From the NCBI GenBank assembly GCA_032718475.1, contig JAUCBJ010008450.1, forward strand, positions 64,446 to 128,445: DNA of 64,000 bases, in the 5' to 3' direction. Both the position numbers and the translations under genes were made by a program. The notes under the pieces are model-generated. The model saw nothing but the letters and a program-made list of their open reading frames with translations. It ran no database searches and was not told where the DNA came from. Shown in pieces: positions 58,066-64,000 of the stretch. The stretch comes from Nemertoderma westbladi (lineage: Eukaryota > Animalia > Xenacoelomorpha). Each line of letters opens with the position of its first letter. The first letter of the stretch is position 1.

Positions 58066-59712
58066 ATGCTATATTGGAATCAAGTTATTCAAAAATAACT
58101 CTTCATTCTTCAATAAATAAAATCTAAAAACTAAATCTTCAATCAGCAAGCTTCCTCTCATTCAAAAAAGAGCTTACAACTTTTCTTTCACTTTCCCAAT
58201 CCTCAATATCATATTAAGGGCCGACCCCCCCCCCCCCCCCCCCCCCCCAACCAGAATAAACCAGAGTAAACCAGAAGTAGGCGTACTAAAGTAGGCTATT
58301 TAATGTGCAACTCTCAGACTGTAATCATTTCTATCTTTGTACTTTCTGCCTTTTATTAAAACTTATTAAGAAAAGAAACAAACAATTTTGTATTTTGCAA
58401 TAGACCAAAACATAAGTTGGCGGATTAAACATGAAATAAAATATTAACATCTGTAAAAGCTTTTGTGGGATAACTGATTCGTTTGCCTTGTTGGCCAGTT
58501 CCCCCCCGGTCGCTAGAATACTCTAAAGGGATCTATAGCTAAAAATAGTGCAAGCTACCAGCTTATTGGCTGATTTGCTGTACGCAGGTATCTGGGCTCT
58601 GTTTAATCGGCCAACCAGCCTAGGGAGGTTGCGTCATAGCCTTGTTTTTGTATCTCCCAATAGAATTTGAGTTAGCCTTGATTTTGACCTATCACAGAGC
58701 TACTGAACTGAAATTTTCCTATCTCACTGCTCTTTCTCTGTGTTGAACGGGAGCTTCGTGGAATAAGGGTAGTTGGTATCCTCGTATAGAGAGTAGTCAC
58801 GAGTTTTTCAAAGCCACGAAAGAACGGCTTTTTAGTGTTTTGTGCTTTCTGCTTTTTAGCTCAACACTAGTAGGTTTAATTATAAGGACATATATCCTTT
58901 AACTGCAATTTCGTAATCACTGGCGGCTGTGAATATCACTGGCTTTTAATCACTTGAATATCTCACTGCTAAAAATTACCTGCTCAATCAATACTGTATA
59001 CTGCTATTTGTTGTCGGTTATTCATTATATTTGTTGATGAATTATTATATTGGAATAACGAGAAATAACCCCGAAAACCCAATATTCTTGATATACCGAA
59101 GGTAAGAGAGAAAGGTTACCAATAACGATTGTGACTTATGTTAAAGTGGTTTGAAGTGAATCTAATGTTATTTGATAGACCCTACATGAGTCAGTCTGTG
59201 TTCCTTTTATATGTGACTAAAATCAGTGAAGATTGGCAGATTAGTGTGCAGTATTGTGCAGCATTGTGTACGAGTGAGTCTGTTAAAGAAGCATTTCCTA
59301 AAGAATGCGCCATATATGTGAATTATAATTAAGCCATATCGTTGTGAGTAGTTTAAGTCATAACTCTGTTTATATAAATAAAGCACCACGTCCTAAAGGA
59401 ACTGTTAATATTCCCGAAGGTGAATAATATTGTCAGAGATTATATAATACTGTCAGTCGAATAATACATTAGGCTTACATAGCAATAAAAATTAAACCGT
59501 CGAACCCAATCTCCCGGGAATATCCAGCGGGTGAATGATCGCGCACAGATTGGTTTCGACTAGTGTAGTGAATCAAATACTTGTCATAGGCTAAAAAGCG
59601 ATTTAATATCTAGAAGACATCTTAATTTGGCGGGTTAAACTGCCAAAGGTCTGAAAGCGCGAACATTAAAGGATATAGCTTCTTTATTGCAGTAAGCAAT
59701 AAAGTTGAAAGT

Positions 59713-59863
59713 ACCGGTCAACCGGTAAACCTGAACCGGTACATCTGTAGGTCAGTAGGCCCAACTGCCAGAACCGGTACTGCCGTAGGTCCGTAGGTCC
59801 AACTGCCAGAACCGGTACTTCTGTAGGTCCGTAGGCCTAGCTGTCCTAACCGGTACTTCCGTA
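59713..59863. repeat. ~38-bp tandem repeat (~3.5 copies) built on AACCGGTAC
   Basis: GAACCGGTAC..GTAGGTC(A/C)GTAGG.CCAACTGCCA recurs. Confidence 0.8.
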
Positions 59864-60036
59864 TAAGTACACTAGTATTATTCGATTTGATTGTTGCATA
59901 CCGGTAGGCTGTTAAGGGATTAGGGATTGATCACCCCTTATTCCTTTATATGGTTTACTTATTTCTGTCAAGTTTTATTTATTTGTAGGCCAGTATTGAA
60001 CAGAAGGCGTATAAACCTGATCAGATTGTACAGACG

Positions 60037-60607
60037 ATTTGTAGGCTGAGCTGTTGTCTGATTGCTGTTAAGTCTGAACGGATTGCAGTGTATGTAGATC
60101 ACCTGTCTGATTAAGTACGGTTAGGAAGTAGGGGCAGCGAATGCTGTAAGGTAAACCCCCAACTAAAGAATAAGTCGTACTACTGGGTTAGAACGCATAC
60201 TCCCTAATCATTTCGGAGTCTGCATGTCCTGTATTTTATTTAGGCTTGAGAGTAGTCTGCCATCGTTTAGTCTGTACTTTGTTTGTGTAAGTCTGTACGG
60301 GTAGCGTATAATATTTATTTAGATAATTTGTAGGCTGGATAGTTGTCTGGCTGTTATTAGGCCTGAGCGGATTGCAGCGTGTGTAGATCACTTGTCCGAT
60401 AAAGAACGGTTAGGAAGTAGGGGCAGCGAATGCTGTAAGGTAAACCCCCAATTAAAGAATAAGTTGTACTACTGGGTTAGAACGCATACTACCTAATTAT
60501 TTCGGAGTCTGCATATACCGTAGTTTGTTTAGGCTTGATAGTAGTCTGTCAGTGTTCGGTCTGCATTTTGTTTGAGTAGTTTGTACGCGTAGCGTAATAT
60601 TTATTAT
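60037..60607 (+). ncRNA. Two tandem ~289-nt copies of a putative structured cis-RNA (long G.U-rich rod with conserved apical domain)
   Basis: Copy 2: 60349-60368 pairs with 60527-60546 (20/20 pairs, 7 G.U) and 60330-60341 with 60553-60564. Equivalent helices form in copy 1 despite many substitutions. Confidence 0.65.
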
Positions 60608-61915
60608 TCAGAGTTTATGCGATTATCCGCAACATTCATTCCCCAAGTTTGTTCCTACAGTAATTGTGTTTGTTATACATACCGCTATAGTTAAATTAAC
60701 CCCGGTACTACACGGGCTGCTTGGCGTAGGTAAAGACTGGTGATTTTGTGCATCGGTCACTCCAGCAGATGCCGTGGTTCTTTTAGCTATTCAAGTATAT
60801 TTAACTACTGATTATATGTTATACAAGTACTCGTACCTAATTTAGGGTTTAGTGTACAGTGCTTTCCGAAAGTAATTAGTGTAGGCATTATATTTGTGTT
60901 GTAAAGTGGTTGATAGGCACGTTCGATTAGCTCTATTAACTTCTAGGTAGGAACACTCCGTGATACATAACGTAGAACCTATAGCGATACGGCTATAGGT
61001 CGTCAGGCGGTGGTATTTTTCTATCTGGACAACGCAGTGTATTTACTACTACTTATTATTTCAAATACCGTAGTACCCTGTCCGTTGTAATAACCAGAAT
61101 TCTAACCCTTTGTTAGGCTGGTTTGTAGACTTCTTGTAAAATTACCCTGAAATTCGTATTTTGCGTTTTTGTAAATTTTTGTGTTTAGTTAGAGATTGTA
61201 ATCTCACCCGAATTGTACGTAATTTGTAGTATTAAGTAACTCAGGTAAATTAGAATCATTTGTTTTAGTGTCCTATAAGTAACACTTCACTGAAAGCGCA
61301 CCGCTTTGTGTAGTGATTACTCCCCAGAAATAATAACATTTATTTCAAACATTGACAAAACCCATTAAAACGGGTATATATATATTATAAATCAAATCTA
61401 ACGATTTATAAATAGTAGGCCTACCATATAACAATTAGGTCTCAATATCAGTTGGACTACTGCTTAAATAACGGTAATAAAGTAAGTTAAAGTAACCAAG
61501 TAACCCTAAAGTTCAGAAATTCAATTATTCTAAAATAATTGATATACCGGTATTTACGATAGGCCTATTATAATATTTATATTTGTGCTGAAAGCATACC
61601 GGTATTCTGAAATTAATTCAGTTAATAACTATACTTATATATATACTACAAACTGTCAGCTGTACCGGTATTCCCGATAGGCCTATTATATATTTATATA
61701 TATTTGTGCTAAAATTATACCGGTATTCGGTGATAAACCTAGTCTGTAATAATAGTTATATATACTATAAGCATACCGGTATTCTAATATATTATATATC
61801 ACGCTACACTGAGTAGCAGTACCGGTAATTAATTACTAGGCTAGCAGTTAATACTGAGTCACTAGACTTACTCAGACTGTAATACAGCAGTAGACATTCA
61901 ACGGTATACATAGTC

Positions 61916-64000
61916 ATGTCTGATACTAAGCAGAACCTGTCAGACAGTTTATTAGATGTAACTATCTGCGACTCAGATAGAGACGTACAACCGTCTGGTC
62001 GTAAGTTCAGTTCACCTCCCACTGTGAGGAAGGTCATCCCTCCAGTAGTAATAACAGAACCTAGGCTAGTCCAACATCGTAGGTCTATCATAGGCACCCG
62101 AGCTCAGGTCAAGCGGGACCAAGAAGCAGCGGAACAGCAACAACCCGCTAGTCAAGAACTTATTCCTCAGCGGCACAGCAGCTCCAGTAGTGAGGATACT
62201 GTAGAGCTGACACCCGAGCGCGGAGCAGAGATGACGGATGCGGTTTATACGGATCCCCTTCTCATCCTTCCTGCAGCCGTACTCACTAGGTTATTGATCG
62301 CGGTGGAAGAACACCAGATCGATTGGGCGAGAAGTCAACGGTCAACTAGAGATAGTTATGCGGGATACACGAGTGAAGAACTGAAGTCTATTGTCGAGTC
62401 GCAATGGAACTTCCCCGGACCCGGACTCCCGTTTGATTTATCAGAAGCTGCCTGGGAAGACATACACCGGATGGGAGTAGCCAAGGAAACCATCGATCCA
62501 GCTGTGTGGAAGAGGTCCGCAGCCGGATACGCACAGGGATTCTTCAGCTCTATGGAGCGAGTAAAAGAACAACTGTTTCAACAACCTCAAGGACCTCAAG
62601 AGCAGGGATCGCTGCTTTATCAAGTTAGAGAAAGAATTCTACGAATCAGGCTAATCTTATCGGCCTTTGAGGAGGCTTCTAAAAGAAGACAAGACACGTC
62701 GTTGCAAGTTGCCGTAAAGACTTGGTTTCAACGGGTGAGTCGCCAGGTTCAAGGAGCAGCTCAGTGGAAAGCTCAGTTGGAGGAGCGCTCAACCCATGGA
62801 GAATCAACAGACGCTACTTTTTCCCAAGTGGAAAGTGAAGCGACGGCAGAGAAACCGCATAAGAGGGATGCCATTGACATCTATCTGTCAGACTATCAAC
62901 GTTTTTTAGGTAATGACGAGTTGAGGAGAAGGTTAGAGGGACTTAGCCCTAATAGTGAGGGAACCAAGCTTGTGTTGGATGCCATCGATGTGGAAATGAG
63001 GGCTGCGAATCAGGCTAAATTTGATGAACAACTCCGCCTGACACGAGTCCAAGAAGAACAAGTAAAGAAAAAACGGATAGAAGATAGAAAGACAGCAGCA
63101 GCGGCAGTGGCAGCGGCAGAAGCGGATAGAAAAGCGGCAGAGGCAGCGGCAGAGGCAAAAGCGGCAGCGGCAGAGGCAGCGGCAGAGGCAAAAGCGGCAG
63201 CGGCAGAGGCAAAGGCGGCAGCTGCGGCCGAAGCGGAAAGAAAAATAGCAGTAGCAGAAGCAGAACGGAGGGCGGCTGAAGAAACCATCCAATTAGAATT
63301 GGAAAACATTCAGGAGAATCAAGACTGCATAAATAAACAGTTAACAGCTAGTAATATGCAGATGATGAATCGATCTACTCCCAAAAGACAGGGATATACA
63401 TCATCTGAGGAAGGCGATACCACCGATACTGAAGGCAAAGGAAATAGATCTCGTCTAAGCAGACGTAAAAGAACATTCCACCGTCAGAAATTGCCTGATT
63501 TGCCTCCAGCTGTTAGAAGGCAACTAAATAGCACCAACTTAGGCAGTACAGAACCCACAGACCAAATAATTAAAATAGAAAGACTCCCTACTATAGTAGA
63601 TGAGCCTGAAATAATTAGGCCTGTTCTCGAAATCACCCCTTCGGTGATAGACACACCTGTGCTCCCTGAAGTTACCTCTAAATTCCCTCTGCATAGCACT
63701 AAGCTACCTGTGCCCCGTAGAACTGCCCCAGAGACAGTTCAAGTCCTGGGTCCCGAGCGAAATATTCATAATTTGTCGCCCGTTGTCCATCGTCCGCCCG
63801 CTACAACGTTGGCGACTCCCGCTTCGGCGGTCGAATGGGTGGACGAGGGACGGCGGGGGATGGATATCCTGCTCGGGCAGATGCAGGAGACTGTCCAGCA
63901 ATTCAAGGGCACAGTAAGGGAAAGTAGGCTAGAGTTGCAAGAAGTGCAGCAAAGTATCGCGCTAGAACGCGATAAATTAGTAAATACTCAAAGAGGTATA
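61916..64000 (+). CDS. Long intronless ORF (at least 695 codons, open at window end), probably the gag-like N-terminus of a large retroelement
   Basis: ATG at 61916 (MSDTKQNLSDSLLDVTIC..); no stop to 64000 by manual translation; A/E/K coiled coil at about 63090-63290. Absent from the ORF track because it has no stop. No diagnostic domain is visible yet. Confidence 0.75.
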   Translation, partial: MSDTKQNLSDSLLDVTICDSDRDVQPSGRKFSSPPTVRKVIPPVVITEPRLVQHRRSIIGTRAQVKRDQEAAEQQQPASQELIPQRHSSSSSEDTVELTPERGAEMTDAVYTDPLLILPAAVLTRLLIAVEEHQIDWARSQRSTRDSYAGYTSEELKSIVESQWNFPGPGLPFDLSEAAWEDIHRMGVAKETIDPAVWKRSAAGYAQGFFSSMERVKEQLFQQPQGPQEQGSLLYQVRERILRIRLILSAFEEASKRRQDTSLQVAVKTWFQRVSRQVQGAAQWKAQLEERSTHGESTDATFSQVESEATAEKPHKRDAIDIYLSDYQRFLGNDELRRRLEGLSPNSEGTKLVLDAIDVEMRAANQAKFDEQLRLTRVQEEQVKKKRIEDRKTAAAAVAAAEADRKAAEAAAEAKAAAAEAAAEAKAAAAEAKAAAAAEAERKIAVAEAERRAAEETIQLELENIQENQDCINKQLTASNMQMMNRSTPKRQGYTSSEEGDTTDTEGKGNRSRLSRRKRTFHRQKLPDLPPAVRRQLNSTNLGSTEPTDQIIKIERLPTIVDEPEIIRPVLEITPSVIDTPVLPEVTSKFPLHSTKLPVPRRTAPETVQVLGPERNIHNLSPVVHRPPATTLATPASAVEWVDEGRRGMDILLGQMQETVQQFKGTVRESRLELQEVQQSIALERDKLVNTQRGI

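Noticed and set aside
11976-58248. Scattered poly-C/poly-G tracts (near 11976, 24868, 24926, 32787, 38537, 51964, 58225)
   Set aside because: Simple homopolymers, mostly inside repeats; no evidence of a shared function and their lengths are error-prone.
62933-63309. Cys-rich, Ala-rich and Pro/Leu-rich minus-strand ORFs
   Set aside because: Antisense readings of the A/E/K coiled coil in the + strand ORF starting at 61916.

Overview
AT-rich animal (invertebrate-type) genomic DNA, not prokaryotic. One host gene runs on the + strand: a multi-domain beta/gamma-crystallin (Greek-key) protein. I could splice 8 short GT-AG exons (12894-51730, 1110 nt) into one phase-consistent open frame; its start and end probably lie outside the window. 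The introns are packed with transposable elements. These include a very young non-autonomous BEL/Pao LTR element (322-8599; Gag-protease only, near-identical 539-bp LTRs, GGGCA TSD) nested in the gag of a second BEL/Pao element, and a full-length L2/CR1-group LINE with esterase ORF1 and an ORF2 that starts with a hydrophobic leader and a 2A-like peptide. There are also RTE, CRE-like, Penelope, Gypsy, DIRS-like, hAT-like and EnSpm-like remnants, two Foldback/MULE-type elements, several minisatellites, and the start of a large unclassified element (ORF of at least 695 codons from 61916, open at the window end). The two most interesting signals: (1) both BEL/Pao elements lack a tRNA primer-binding site and instead have a post-LTR sequence complementary to their own LTR, suggesting Tf1-like self-priming; (2) a tandem pair of ~290-nt G.U-rich, covarying rod-shaped RNA structures lies upstream of the last ORF. 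All calls are by eye; no database searches were run.
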